This document shows, piece after piece, positions 1-12,762 of a stretch of 64,000 nucleotides of DNA. Position numbers and translations under genes: made by a program. The notes beneath the pieces are model-generated. The model was not told the DNA's origin. It saw only the letters and a program-made list of their open reading frames with translations, and did not search any database. Position 1 is the first letter of the stretch; every line of letters begins with the position of its first letter. Origin of the DNA: the human T2T-CHM13v2.0 reference genome, Homo sapiens; NCBI GenBank assembly GCA_009914755.4, contig CP086569.2:22784001-22848000 (forward strand). Direction: 5' to 3'.

Positions 1-720
1 CTTGAGCCAAAATTGGGCACAAGTGCTGACTTGTAGGATGCTCAGGTGCCGTTTTTGCACAATTCCAGGACTTTCTGATAGAAAACAGAGAAGAGGTGTT
101 TGTGTTTGTCTTCAAATTTTAGCCCACATTAGAGGGAGAAGTATGGTGAAGGGAAAGACAAATCTTTTATTATTCATGAGAGGATACTATTCTCTTCCTA
201 AACATGCTTCTCTTTCATTCCAGTGTCTTCTTCTTTAGTCACCCCCTCATAAGGGACCAACTACGTAGCCAACAGTCATATAGTTGTATATTTTCTCTTG
301 TTCCAGACATTGCTCCAGGCGTATAGGAAGGAACCTGGGTTGAAAATGTAGTGGTTGCTTCAGGAAGATCAACCCAGGTCCTAGAGGTCCCTTGGGACCT
401 AAATAGGGCATGGCATGCTCAAAGGTTACAATCTCAGCTTGGGCAGGATCCTGGAGGTCAATAAGCCCCACTCGGACCACAGCCAGGGCTTCTGCATTTT
501 TTTGGGGGAAAAAAAAATCAAGGAAAAAATCTTATTATTTCCACATTTCAGTGTGAAAAAACCCTGGAGTTCACGTGAATCACATGAAGTCCAGGTAAGC
601 ACTCAGTTGCAAATAGTACTTTAGAAACTATTTTCAAGGATCATTTGAGACCAATTGGTCAACATGATGAGAATTTTTCCTTACCAACAGCAAGAACAAC
701 AACAACAAAATTATCCAGAT

Positions 721-848
721 GCAGTAGCGTGTGCCTGCGGTCCCAGGTACTCAGATGGCTGAGGTGGGAGCATCCCTTAATATTGGGAGTTTGAGGCTAA
801 TGTGAGTCACACCACTGCATTTTAGCCTGGACAATAGAGGGAGAGTCT
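721..848 (+). mobile_element. Alu fragment (3' right-arm portion only, diverged, AluJ/FRAM-like)
   Basis: 'gtgtgcctgcggtcccaggtactcagatggctgaggtgggagcatccc...caccactgcattttagcctggacaatagagggagagtctc' aligns to the Alu right-arm consensus (gcgcctgtaatcccagctactcgggaggctgaggcaggag...ccactgcactccagcctgggcgacagagcgagactc). The tail is replaced by a (TC)n tract. Confidence 0.55.
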
Positions 849-857
849 CTCTCTCTC

Positions 858-902
<45 letters not shown>

Positions 903-970
903 GTCTCTATCTCTCTCTCTTTCCCTATCTCTGTCTCACACACACAAACAAAAATAAATAAATAAATAGA
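845..970. repeat. compound simple repeat: (TC)n about 845-945, then (CA)n and (AAAT)n 946-970
   Basis: Direct reading of 'tctctctctc...ctgtctctgtctc' followed by 'cacacacaaacaaaaataaataaataaatag'. Confidence 0.9.
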
Positions 971-1428
971 AAAGAAACATATTCAGTAACAGTCTCAATG
1001 TTTTACTTGCTTTATAATGATATCATAATCTTGAAATGAATTGCTCAGACTTACATAAAATTGACACATCTAGCTGTGCTAATGATCCACTGTTCATGTA
1101 GTATGGAGCCAGCACAAAAATGGGAGAAAAACATTTGTGCAGAAATCACCCAACAGAATTCACCAATTTCTGCCTCTCAGCAGTTGGGACAGACAGGGAT
1201 AATGCCAGGGCATAATCCACACTCTGCAGAGGAACCCACACATGGTATAGAGTGATTAGTGTTACTACCCTTCCTTTTCTAAAATCTAAATTTAGACTTT
1301 TAGAAAAATGCTTGGAAATTCATTATCTTCAATTCTGAGAAAATACATAGAAATATACATTATTCATCCCACAATTTTAGATATAGTACAGAGGTTATCT
1401 TCATACTTCCCCTTCTAACAATAAAGCG

Positions 1429-1612
1429 TATATATATATACACACACACTATTACATATATACTATATATATACACATATATACTATATAGATGCTATAT
1501 ATAAATATATGTATATATAGTTTATATATGTAGTATATTATTATTTATATCTGATACTAGTATCCAAGATGTTATACTATTATCCAATAGTGTGTGTATA
1601 TATGTATATACC
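1429..1612. repeat. AT-rich low-complexity / (TA)n-(TATATG)n-like simple repeat
   Basis: 'tatatatatatacacacacactattacatatatactatatatatacacatatatactatatag...' continues to 'tgtgtgtatatatgtatatacc'. Confidence 0.8.
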
Positions 1613-3126
1613 TCAAGTGAAAATAATAAAACCTTTCTAAGGAGTAAGGCTATCTTTAAAATACTGCTGTCTGAATAGAATTGTGTTCATAACACATAGC
1701 TCAAACATCCTGTTTGGCAAAAAAAAAAAAAAAATATTCTCTCAATATTTACACATCTCTGCTGATTCACACAATAACCTAAATTTTGGTTTTGCAACGG
1801 TCTGAGAACATAACCTCTGTTGCTACAAACTCTGGTTTTAGGGTTCAACAGGAGTCTTCATACCAAGTACATTAACTCAAATATCTGACTCGACTAAAGC
1901 TGCCTGTGGTTTCATGGGAAATAACAGCTGTCCTGAAGAGCCAGAAAGCCTGGAAACTTTCTTTCCAAATCACAGCTAGTTGACACTCACCCAGGGAAAC
2001 ACTGAGTTCTGAATACCTAAGAGGTTGTTGTTCAGGCTTGGGTCCAGACTGAGATCCAGGCATCAGGAGAGGTTGTTTTGTTAAAAATGCGGCTGGAGCA
2101 GTATGCAAGGATGAAAAAGAATGAGAAAGAATTGACTCTTTAGTAAATGCTGAGGGAAATATATTCTGAGGAGGATTAGCAAAAGAGCCTATGGATAGCA
2201 GAATAGGAGAGGAGACCAGAGGAGAAATACCTGAGCAAGATGGGAAAATACAGAATGAAAGGAAAGTACAAGAAGAAAAGACTGAACAAGAAGGGGTCAG
2301 TGTACATACAGATGGAAGAGAACAAGAATGAATAAAGAAAAAGCATAAAGAGAGATAAGAGAGGTACTTGGGACATGAGGGCTTTCTTTTGTCTTGATAA
2401 TTTTTAATTTCCTGCCATAGAGCTGGTAAACAACTCTTCCAGGAAGCCAAATGCTTGTAAACTGGCTTGGTTGGATAGAATTGATTTTATATTGGCTTTG
2501 TGTGGCAGTTATCTCAGTTGACAAAGCTATAAAATACCGATCTGGGGAATAAACAGTTTTTACTGGCAAAAAGGGTACACGTTTGGACAAGCAGCCAAAA
2601 TGACTCGTTAATAGTGTTTCTCTGTTCGGCTCAATTTCAGGAGGAGAAAATGATCAATTATAACAGCTTTATAGGGTTCTGGGTCTTAGTATTTCTGTTT
2701 CAGGCTGGATCCAGGTTCTCACTTTGCCGGCTTTAAAAACACCGAAGGATTCAATAAGATGAACTTCAGACTGGATCCAGTGTCTGCTCGGGTTACAGGC
2801 AGTATCCAAGATATGAGTGTTCTTCCTTTAAGCAAGATCCATGGTTTGACTACTGGAGATAGAACCTTGGGCCAGAATCTTAATAGGAAGGTTTCAGACT
2901 GGATAAAAGAGTGAATTACATCAAGTTCAGGCTGGATCCAGGCGCCGACTATTTGATATTTCAAATAAACCCATGGTCTGCCTTTATTCATTTGAATGTA
3001 AAACGAAGATCTGTCTCTATCTTCAGTTTCCTGCTTGATCCAGAGTCTCTCTGCTTGGGTTTCAGGGTGGGTCCACGAACGATTTGTAGTAACTCTTTGC
3101 TGAGTCCAGGGCTGAAATATACAAAC

Positions 3127-3592
3127 TGTCTCACGTGTCCGTGTGAAGAGACCCCCAAACAGGCTTTGTGTGAGCAACATGGCTGTTTATTTCAGCTGGT
3201 GGCAGGCAGGCTGAGTCCAAAAAGAGAGTCAGCAAAGGGTGGTGGGATTATCATTGGTTCTTATATGTTTTGGGATAGGCAGTGGAATTAAGAGCAATGT
3301 TTTGGGGACAGGGGGTGGATCTCACAAAGTACATTCTCAAGGGTGGGGAGAATAACAAAGAACCTTCTTAAGGGTGAGGGAGATTATAAAGAACCTTCTT
3401 AAGGGTGGGGGAGATTACAAATTACATTGATCAGTTAGAGTAGGGCAGAAACAACTCACAATGGTGGAATGTCATCAGTTAAGGCTATTTTCACTTCTTT
3501 TGTAGATCTTCAGTTGCTACAGGCCATCTGGATGTACACGTGCAGGTCACAAGGGATATGATGGCTTAGCTTGGGCTCAGAGGCCTGACACC
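3127..3592 (-). mobile_element. solo LTR7 (HERV-H LTR), inserted into the 33-bp array
   Basis: The reverse complement of the window matches the LTR7 consensus as I recall it at both ends. One end reads 'tgtcaggcctctgagcccaagctaagccatcatatcccttgtgacctgcacgtgtacatccagatggcctg...'. The other reads '...gctgaaataaacagccatgttgctcacacaaagcctgtttgggggtctcttcacacggacacgtgagaca'. No flanking TSD was identified. Confidence 0.7.
3325..3420. repeat. about 34-bp unit x3 inside the LTR7 ('aagaaccttcttaagggtgRgggagattaYaa')
   Basis: Direct reading. It corresponds to the region of LTR7 that is variably duplicated between subfamilies. Confidence 0.6.
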
Positions 3593-4904
3593 AGCTTCAG
3601 TGTGGGGCCAAGGAGAGAGTGGCTGACTTTCAGGATGAACCTAGGGTCTAATTGTATCACACTGAGTCTGTAAGCAAGATGTGACTGTATCAATTTCAAT
3701 GAAGTTTTGGGGTTTTATTACTTGGCTTACAGTCCAAATTTGGAATACTTCAGTTTCAGGTTGGTCCCAGGATTTAATGAACTCATTTGAGTCTGGAACC
3801 AGTATCTTATCACTGTATTGGCTTCAGGGTGGGTGCAGGGTTGAATTTCAGAGTAAGTCCATGGTCTGATTGCAGCAGGTACATGCTGAGTCCAAGGGTA
3901 ATTTATACTAAGTTGATTCTGGGTCCAGGAGTGGGTCATTTGTGATTCCACTTGGGTCCATGGCCAAACTGCATCGTTTTGTGTTGGGGACCAAAGTGCG
4001 AACATATCCTCTTCAGGCCACATCCTAATTGCTTGAGATTCAGGCTCAGTATATTGTTTTATTTTATCAGTTTCAGAATGGGCCCAGAGTCTGACTGTAT
4101 TGCTTTCAGCATAGATCCAAGGTTGCAGAACATCACCTTCAGACTGGGTCCAGGGTCTGACTGCATTCTTTTCAGATTGGTTCCATGGGTGGATTATTTG
4201 CCATTCTGGCTGCATCCAGGTAGTACCTGCTCGAGAATGAGGTTGAGTAACATTTATTCTTACATTGTTTTGAGTCTGAAACCAAGAACTCACAGTATTA
4301 ATGTCAGGCATGGTCAAGCATTTTGCAGCTTGCATTTCAGCCTGATACAACAGTGTATCAGACAAGGACAGGGTCCAGGGTCTGACTGCTTGAAATTCAC
4401 ATGAGTCAAAAGTCTGATTGTATTAGTTTTAGGTTGAGTCCAGGGGTGGATTGTGCCTGCTTCAGTCCAGTTCCATAGTTTTACTGTATCTTCTTCAGAA
4501 ATGGTCTGGGATCTCATTGTACCTACTTCAGATTGGGTGCACGGGTAGAAGACATCAGTTTCGGATTAGATCCTTGTTTTCAATGTAGTAGTATTATGTT
4601 TGGCCCAGGATTCTAGTTTACCAGGTCCAAATGGAGTAAATGTGCTCAGTGTTTGAAATTCTGGTTGAGCCCAAGGTTTCATTTTCTTCTGATCCAGTTT
4701 TAAACAAAGGTGTGCTAAGCAGAGCTTCAGGCTGGGGCCATGGTTCTGCTGCTTGTGGTACAAGCACTGTCCAAGATATAAGTGTTCCAAATTCAGACAA
4801 CGTCCATTCATTGATATTTTCAATTTCATGATGTGTCCATAAAATAGATGCTTGATTTTCTTCATGAATCACAGGTCATGAGTATCAGGTTGAGGTGGTA
4901 ATGA

Positions 4905-5259
<355 letters not shown>

Positions 5260-8200
5260 TCTTAGCTTCAGTTTTACCCATTGTCCAGTATGTGCCCATT
5301 TCGCTCTGTGTATAAGCATTTGCATCTGGAAAATCATCATGAGTCCACTTTGAGAGTGTGGAAGCTGCAGCCTCTGTCCATGTGTTCATTACTGGAGACT
5401 CAGACTGGGTCTGCGGGGTGATTGATTCTGACACAGGTAGATGTCCAGGTTTTTCCTGCTGAAGGGATAACTGGTTGCATGGTAACACGGTGGAAACTAC
5501 AGCCCATGCCCCTGAATTTTCTGTTGAGATTCATCATTGTTTCATGATATAAGAAGATATAAGAAGATCAGATCAGTCTGTATCCAGGTAATTCCTACTG
5601 GAGGCCTGCAGCATGCAGCCACAGTATAATTGTGTCAGATACTGCCTGTGTGGAGGTAATCGCTGCAGAAGATTCAACCTGGGTCCACAGCATAAGTATA
5701 TCAGATACAGGATGTGTCCAGGGTTTTGTTTCTAAAAGTAAAGCTTTGGTCCAAGGTATGACTATGGAAGCTATTGCCTCTATTCACAGATTGACTGCTA
5801 GAGATACAGGCTTGGTCCACAATGATAATATATTAGATATAGGCAGTCTCCAGGAATTCACTGGTGAAGATTCAGATTGGATCAATCCTATGTATGTATC
5901 AGATGCAGGCTGTATCCATGTAATTAATGCTGCAGATTCAGATTGGTTGTATTAAATACATAAGTTGGTTGTATTAAATGAAGGCTGTGGCCAGATCTTT
6001 ACTGTTGAAGATACAGCCTGTGCCAAAATTGTTACCGTATGAGCAAAAGGCTCTGTCTAAGGATTTACTGCTGGAAATTCAGCCTGGGTCCAGGGTATAA
6101 TTTTGGAAGCTACAGCCTCTGTCCAGGTATTTACTGGTAAGCATTCAGTTTGAGCCCATGCTTTCAGTGTATCATGAAAAGTTTGTGAAAAAACGATTAA
6201 TGATGGAGTTACAGGCTGTGTACACAGTGTGAGTGTATCAGCAACAGGCTTTGTCCAGGGATTTACTGCCAAAGATTCAGTCTGGGTCCATGGTATGACT
6301 GTATCAGTCTCCACCTATAACAGAGGACTTGGGGCTAGAGATTCAGACTCTGTTCAGATCTTTACAATTGGAGGCTAAGATTGTATCATGGGATTTCTAG
6401 CTGGAAATTCAGCCTGGTTCCAAGTGATAACGGGTGTATATTTTGCTTGGGTCCATAGTTTGACTGTGCCAGGCAGAGGTTACAACCAGAAACTGATTGC
6501 TGGTGATTTTGTCTGTGTCCATATTATGACTGTATCAGCTAGAGCCTCTCTCCTGGGAATTATTACTAGAGATACAGCCATGTACTGCAGTGTGACTATA
6601 CCAGGTACAGCCACTGTTAAGGGATTTATTGCTGGCAACAGATCCTGGGCCCATGATGTGACTATTTCAGTTTTAGACTGTCTCCATGGGTTTACTGCTA
6701 CACAAACATCCTTAGCCAATGGTTTCACTCTATCAAGTAGAGTATATGTACAGAGATTGTTGATTTTAGAATGAGCCTGGGTCCACAGTATGAGTATTTC
6801 TGTTTCAAGCTTTGTGGAGGGATTTACTCCTACAGATTCAGCTTGGTTCAGTGGTATAACTGTAGCAGGTATAGGATGTGTCCCCTCCTTTACTTTTGGA
6901 GATTCAACCTCAGTACACCATGTGAACATATTCGTTTCATATTGTTTCCAGAGATTTATGGCAGGTGATTTGACTTGGTTCCACAGCTTGATTGTATAAG
7001 CTATTGCCTGTGTCAAATGCTTTAGTGCTGAAGACTCAGCCTGGGTCCATGGTATGAGCGTATCAGATACAGATTGGATCCAAGGCTTTACTGTTAAAAA
7101 TTCAAACTGAGTCCACGGTGTGTATCAGCTACATGTTCTGTCCAGCAAACTACTGCTGGAGATTCAGCCTGAGGCCATGGTGTGTCTGTGTCATACACAG
7201 ACTGTGTCCAAAGATTTCCTGCTGGAGATTCAGACTGTGACCACAGTGTGACAGTAGCAGCCCAAGGCAGTATCCATTGATATCCTGCGGTTAATTCAGC
7301 CCCTATCCACAGTGTGATGGCATCAGCTATGGACGTTCTCCAGGTATTTACTGATGGACATTCAACCTGGGTCCAAGGTACGACTGTGGAAAGTATAGGC
7401 TGTGTCCGTGGAATTACTGCTGGAGATACAGCCTGGGCCCATGGTGTGACTGTGGAAGTTCCAGCCTCTGTGAACGGATTTACTGTTGGAGACTCAGCTT
7501 GTGTCCACAGGATAATGGTATCAGATTCAGGTAGTGTACAGAGATTTACTGCTGAAGAGTCATTTTGGGCTCATGGTTTGATCATATAAGATACGTACTG
7601 TGTCCATGGATTTATTGCTGGAGACTCATCCTGTATCCATGGTATAGTACTATCAACTACAGACTTTGTCCAGGGATTTACTGCTGGAAATTCAGGTTTG
7701 GTCCACAGCTGGTCTGCATCAGCTATTGCCCATGTCCATGAATTTAGTGCTGGAGAATCACTCAGGATCCTCTTTGTGATTGTATAAGTTTCAGACGGTG
7801 TCCAGGCATTTCCTTCTACATAAATTCAGCCTGGTTCCAGGGTAGGACAATGTCAGCTGTAGCCTCTCTCCAGGGATTCATTGCTGGCATTCTACCCAGA
7901 ATCCATGGTTGAATCCAAGATACTGCTGGACTTTCAGCCTGGGTCCATGGTAGGAACATATCACGTGCCCAGGGACTTAATCCTAGAGTTTCAGCCAGAA
8001 TCCATGTTGTGAGTATATCAGTTTCAGAGTATGTCCAGTGATTTAATAACTGATTCAGCCTGGATAGGTGTTGTGACCGTATCACATATAGAAGAATATA
8101 TCCATGAATTCATCACTAGTGATTCAGCATGGGTCCCTAATGTGATTATATCAGTTCCCAACTGTTTCCAGGAAAGTATTGCTGGAGACTCAACGTGGGT

Positions 8201-8589
8201 TCACAGTGTTATTGTTTCAGTATGGAACTGTGTAGAGTAGTTTCCTACTGACAAATAAGCCAAGATCCACAATGAGACTGGGTTAAATTCAGATAGTGCC
8301 AGGTATTTACTGCTAAATATTCAGGCTGTATTTTTTCCAGGGATTTGTTGGTGGCATTTCATCGAGGATCCATGGTATGGCAGTTTCAGCTATAGTTTTT
8401 GCTCAGGGATTTATTGTTGGAATTCTATCCTGGATCTATGTTGTGACTGTCTTAGCGATAGGCTCTGTCAAGGGAAGTAAGGCTGGAAATTCTTCTTGGT
8501 TCCAAAGTGTGACTTTACCAGACACAGAATGTGTCCAGAGTTTCACTGCTGCAGATTTGGCAATAGTCCACAGTATGATTAGATAATCC

Positions 8590-8858
8590 TCTGGACAGGC
8601 TGGGGTGAAGTGACAAGATCATAAGTTACAGCAACATCAAACTCCCTGGTTCAAACAATTCTTTCACCTCAGCCTCCCAAGTAGCTAGGGCTGTAGGCAC
8701 ACTGCAAAACAAGCAGCTAATTTTTAAATTTTATTTATTTTTTCTAGAGACAGCATCTCACTCTATTTGCCAGCCTCCTCTGGAATTCCTGGCCTCAAGT
8801 GAGGCCCTGTCTCAGTTTCCCAAAATACTGAGATAACAGGCAAGAGCCACTGTGGCTT
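8590..8858 (-). mobile_element. Alu (older, AluJ-like), tail-truncated and abutting the end of the 33-bp array
   Basis: 'caggctggggtgaagtgacaagatcataagttacagcaacatcaaactccctggttcaaacaattctttcacctcagcctcccaagtagctagggctgtaggc...ggcaagagccactgtggc' aligns to the reverse-complement Alu consensus with many substitutions. Confidence 0.6.
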
Positions 8859-9593
8859 CAAAGGCTTTTTAAATAAGTTCCCTATTTCTTAATTTTTTTA
8901 AATCACTGAAAATTCTTCTGGTTTATTTATTTGTGATTAAGGAAAATGCATATCTTTATGTGTATTTACAGAACTGTTAACGTGTTTCTACACCTGCCCC
9001 CCCAACCCAAAAATGCTAGCTTTGCCTTTATGTAGTAAGTACTCAGCAGTCTACTTGTGGCTGATTCTAGATACATAAATTATTATTTCTAGTCATGTGA
9101 CTATGTTGATGGTGGCAGATGGAGGGATCTAGAAGCTTAACTGACAACATCTCGATATTGCTGCCAAAGCTACTGTGATCTGAAGGAATAGAGATGAGAA
9201 GGATATGAGATATGCATTACTCCATCAGGCAATTGATAGCATGTTTTTCCTAAGAGATTTTATAGCATAGCTTTCAATCATTAAAAAATATCCCTGAGAT
9301 AGTTCAAATTCTCCTTTCCTTCCATCCTATCTCATACAAACTTACTTCATAGACTCTTGGATTGTGGCAAATCACCTTACACCAAGTAACAGAATACAGA
9401 ATAATTTCAATGCCTGATATTGTGACTTTACTTCCATTTTTACCCATATAAAGTTGAGTAATATGGACTCATTTGTTTATACATGTTTTATAAATTTCTG
9501 CTTTTATTTCTCCATTAATTTTCTTTTTTATTGTCCACCTCTAAATTATATTAATGATGTAGAGGACATGACTTTTGTGGCTTACTCTGATAT

Positions 9594-10407
9594 TGGTATA
9601 TAGCCAGCAGTGAGATTGCTGGATCATATGGTAGCTCAAATTTCAGATTTTTGGAAAAAATAAAAGATTTGGAAGCAACCTAAATGTCCATCAGCAGATA
9701 AAGCGATAAAGAAAATGGGGGAGGGATAGCATTGGGAGATATACCTAATGCTAGATGACGAGTTAGTGGGTGCAGCGCACCAGCATGGCACATGTATACA
9801 TATGTAACTAATGTGCACAATGTGCACATGTACCCTAAAACTTAAAGTATAATAAAATAAAAACAAAAGAAAATGTGGTACACATACACAATGGAGTATT
9901 ATTCAGCCGTACAAAAAGAATGAGATCCAGTGATTTCCAACAGCATGGTGGAACGGAGATCATTATGTTAAGTGAAATAAGCCAGGCACAGAAAGACAAA
10001 CATTGCACGTTCTCACTTATTTGTGGGACAAGAAATAAAAATAATTGAACTCATGGACATAAAAAGTAGAAGGATGGTTACCAGAAGCTGGGAAGGGTAA
10101 TGGGGGCCTGGTAGGGAGATGGGGATAGTTAATGGTTTTAAAAAAACATAGAAACAATGATTGTGACCTACAATTTGATAGCACACCAAGATGACTGTAA
10201 TCAATAATAACTTAATTATACATTTTAAAATAATTACAGAGTGTAATTGTATTGTTTGTAGTTCAAGTGATGGGTGTTGAAGGAATGGATACCCCATTCT
10301 TCATGATTGGCTTATTCCAGATTGTATGCCTGCATCAAAACATCGCATGTACCCCATAAATATACACACTTACTATGTCCCCACAAAAAAAAATTAAAAA
10401 AAATAAT
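9594..10407 (+). mobile_element. older L1 (L1M/L1PB-like) ORF2-end/3'UTR fragment, A-rich tail at 10385-10407
   Basis: '...ggaagcaacctaaatgtccatcagcagataaagcgataaagaaaatg | tggtacacatacacaatggagtattattcagccgtacaaaaagaatgag...gttaagtgaaataagccaggcacagaaagacaaacattgcacgttctcacttatttgtgggac...catgattggcttattcc...gtaccccataaatatacacacttactatgtccccacaaaaaaaaattaaaaaaaa' is typical of old L1 3' ends. Confidence 0.7.
9718..9864 (+). mobile_element. young L1PA-type 3'-terminal fragment (about 150 bp plus short A-tail) nested in the older L1, TSD AAAGAAAATG (9708-9717 / 9866-9875)
   Basis: 'gggggagggatagcattgggagatatacctaatgctagatgacgagttagtgggtgcagcgcaccagcatggcacatgtatacatatgtaactaatgtgcacaatgtgcacatgtaccctaaaacttaaagtataataaaataaaaac' is the extreme 3' end of a primate L1. 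The host sequence 'aaagaaaatg' is repeated on both sides. Confidence 0.7.
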
Positions 10408-10522
10408 ATTATGAAGAGACTATACCAAGAGGGAAATAAGCCGTATCTTCCAAAGCATAATTTTTCTTTTACCAGGTTTGTTTTATTTATTTATTTTTTA
10501 TTTCTCCATCTTTCTCTCTGCT

Positions 10523-10583
10523 ACAAACACACACACACACACCCCTTCATACACACACCCCTTCATACACACACATACACAAG
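10523..10583. repeat. (CA)n-like microsatellite with interspersed 'ccccttcat' units
   Basis: 'acaaacacacacacacacaccccttcatacacacaccccttcatacacacacatacac'. Confidence 0.8.
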
Positions 10584-11268
10584 ATGATAATCTGGCCAAA
10601 TGTAAGTTTGGAGATATTGAATTACAGTTTACCATCCAGATTGTCAGGTCTGAAAGCTATTAGAAAATGAAGTATCAATCATCTAATATTTGGAAAAAAT
10701 TTGTAAGCACATATCATGGAAGTTATTGATAATATGTTCTTTAAGTACTGTAGATTTTAATGCTGCTTTTAATGTTGGTTAAGTGGGAATTTTTATAATC
10801 TTGCTGTTTTATAAGAACAGTTAAATCAGAGATAAAATATAATGTATTGCTGCACTAATTTAGAAGGTGTCATGAATACCATACATATGTATGGATGGAT
10901 ATATAGACATAGACCCTTTTTTTTTTACAAACTTCACTGAATTATAGCATTTATTTTTGATGTTCTTTTACTCCAAGTGGTAAAATTACCTTTTTTAAAA
11001 AATCACTAATTATGGTAAGTAAATACACTGTAGCCCAAATGTAGGCCCAGCACATTGCTGGTGTCTAGGCAAATTATTCCCCAAACTTACTAATTAGTAG
11101 AAGTAGCTTTAGACTTTTACTAGGATAAATGCAACTTTGATTTTATGATGAGATTTATATTTAGTGTTGAGGACTTGTTTGATTAACGAGACTGGTGAGT
11201 CTATTAGGAAAAATAACCAAGACCCTCAGGGAGAACTACAAGCCTGAAGATCTAGATCAGCATAATTA

Positions 11269-11328
11269 GGGAATCCAAATGAGCCTCAAGCCCTAAGTGG
11301 GAATCCAAATGAGCCTCAAGCCCTAAGT
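11269..11328. repeat. perfect 30-bp tandem duplication 'gggaatccaaatgagcctcaagccctaagt' x2
   Basis: Direct reading, 11269-11298 = 11299-11328. Confidence 0.75.
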
Positions 11329-11660
11329 TAGACGATATTGCTCCCAGACTTTTATCACTGCCTTCATATTCATCTCTGGACTAGTCATTTTCAATGCATG
11401 GAAAAAAAATGGGTGCATGTATTTTTAAATTATTGAGGACAGTATCCTACTTAAGCACAATACTGTATTCATGCATTTAAGTGTCATGTAAGGATTAATA
11501 TTTTGATTTACTCTAAAACAATAAGTTACTGAACTCCTAGAGGCCCATCCTAAATAATATAAATAAGATACAGTCACTATCTGTTGTTCACCTAATAAGT
11601 ACCTGACACTATGCTAGGAAATAGGAGGTGGGTGGTGGGACTTAATGAGTCTGTCAGTCC

Positions 11661-11720
11661 ATTGTTTTTATATATTTTATATAAATATATATATATTTAT
11701 ATATGTGTGTGTGTATAATT
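11661..11720. repeat. (TA)n/(TG)n simple repeat
   Basis: 'tatatattttatataaatatatatatatttatatatgtgtgtgtgtataattg'. Confidence 0.6.
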
Positions 11721-12715
11721 GCTGTTTTAATTATTGAGCATCTGCTATGTGTCAAGCACTGTAATGGACACAACAGACTCAGTAGTATGCAAAACTAGCA
11801 CACACTTTGACCCCATGGAGTTTGCAATGTAACTAGGAAAGTATATGTGAAACTGAATATTACAAAGAAGAATGCCAGAAGAGCAGGAAATATTTCAGGA
11901 AAAAAGAATTATTTCAGATGTTTATGAACTTCACCTACAGTTTCAATCTTGTAAATATAAACATGCTGTTCTTTATACAAAATCCCACTGTGGACTCACA
12001 AGCACAGATAGGGTACACGCAGGGATGGTTTTCCCAAAGCTGAGATAAATTGAGATTGAATATCAGCCACCCTCAGCTAATCTCTTAAATAGACACGCAT
12101 ACTTAAGGAATGCTTGGACTAAGTAAGCCTATGACACAGGGTGAAGGCAATGTAACCCCAAATTAAATCAGCAACTTGTTCCCCCTTGGTTCACTTTAAT
12201 TGTGCTAATTATCAAAAACCTGAATATGTGGTCAAGCTGGGCACAGAAGGTGGTAGAGAACTTCCACGTATTATTATTTACTTTTCAAGTCTCTACACCT
12301 GAAAAGCAGAAAAGGCAGGTGCTATTAATACCATTTTATGGATGAAGACACCAAGACTTATAGCTAATAGCCCACCCAAGATCAAAAATACATAACAAGA
12401 GCTATTTCCAAACCTCAAAGCACGAATCTCTTGGGTATGAACTCTTGTCTCTTTGCTGAGTCAGATTACTTACTATTCATATACTTTGCATCATTACATA
12501 AAAGAAAATTGCTCAGTTACATGCACTTTAAGCCTTTTAGGTATATTCTATCAAAAACACAAGATCAATTCAAAAATAAAAATTGCTTTAAAATTTATAA
12601 ATTTGAGCTATTTACTTGGTAGTATTCATGTATTCATGACTCAGCAGGTAGCAATATAATGCATGCTTGTCAGATATTATTCACTATAAAATAATAAAAT
12701 AGTGCATCCCTGGGT

Positions 12716-12762
12716 AAAATTAAGAGCAAGACTCCATCTCAAGAAAAAAAAAAAATTCTACT
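12716..12762 (+). mobile_element. possible Alu 3'-terminal remnant plus poly-A
   Basis: 'gggtaaaattaagagcaagactccatctcaagaaaaaaaaaaaa' resembles the Alu end 'gggcgacagagcgagactccgtctcaaaaaa'. Confidence 0.35.

Noticed and set aside
1872-2450. 192-aa minus-strand ORF (and overlapping 66/97-aa ORFs)
   Set aside because: The translation is low-complexity (S/C/F/L-rich) and lies over a purine-rich 'gaggagaccagaggagaaatacctgagcaagatgggaaaatacagaatgaaaggaaagtacaagaagaaaag' tract. It has no start context and no similarity to anything I know, so it is best explained by compositional bias.
3127-3592. Target-site duplication for the LTR7 insertion
   Set aside because: The flanks ('...tatacaaac' | LTR | 'ccagcttcag...') share no 4-6 bp direct repeat that I can see. 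The boundaries may be off by a few bases, or the site was mutated or recombined. Not claimed.
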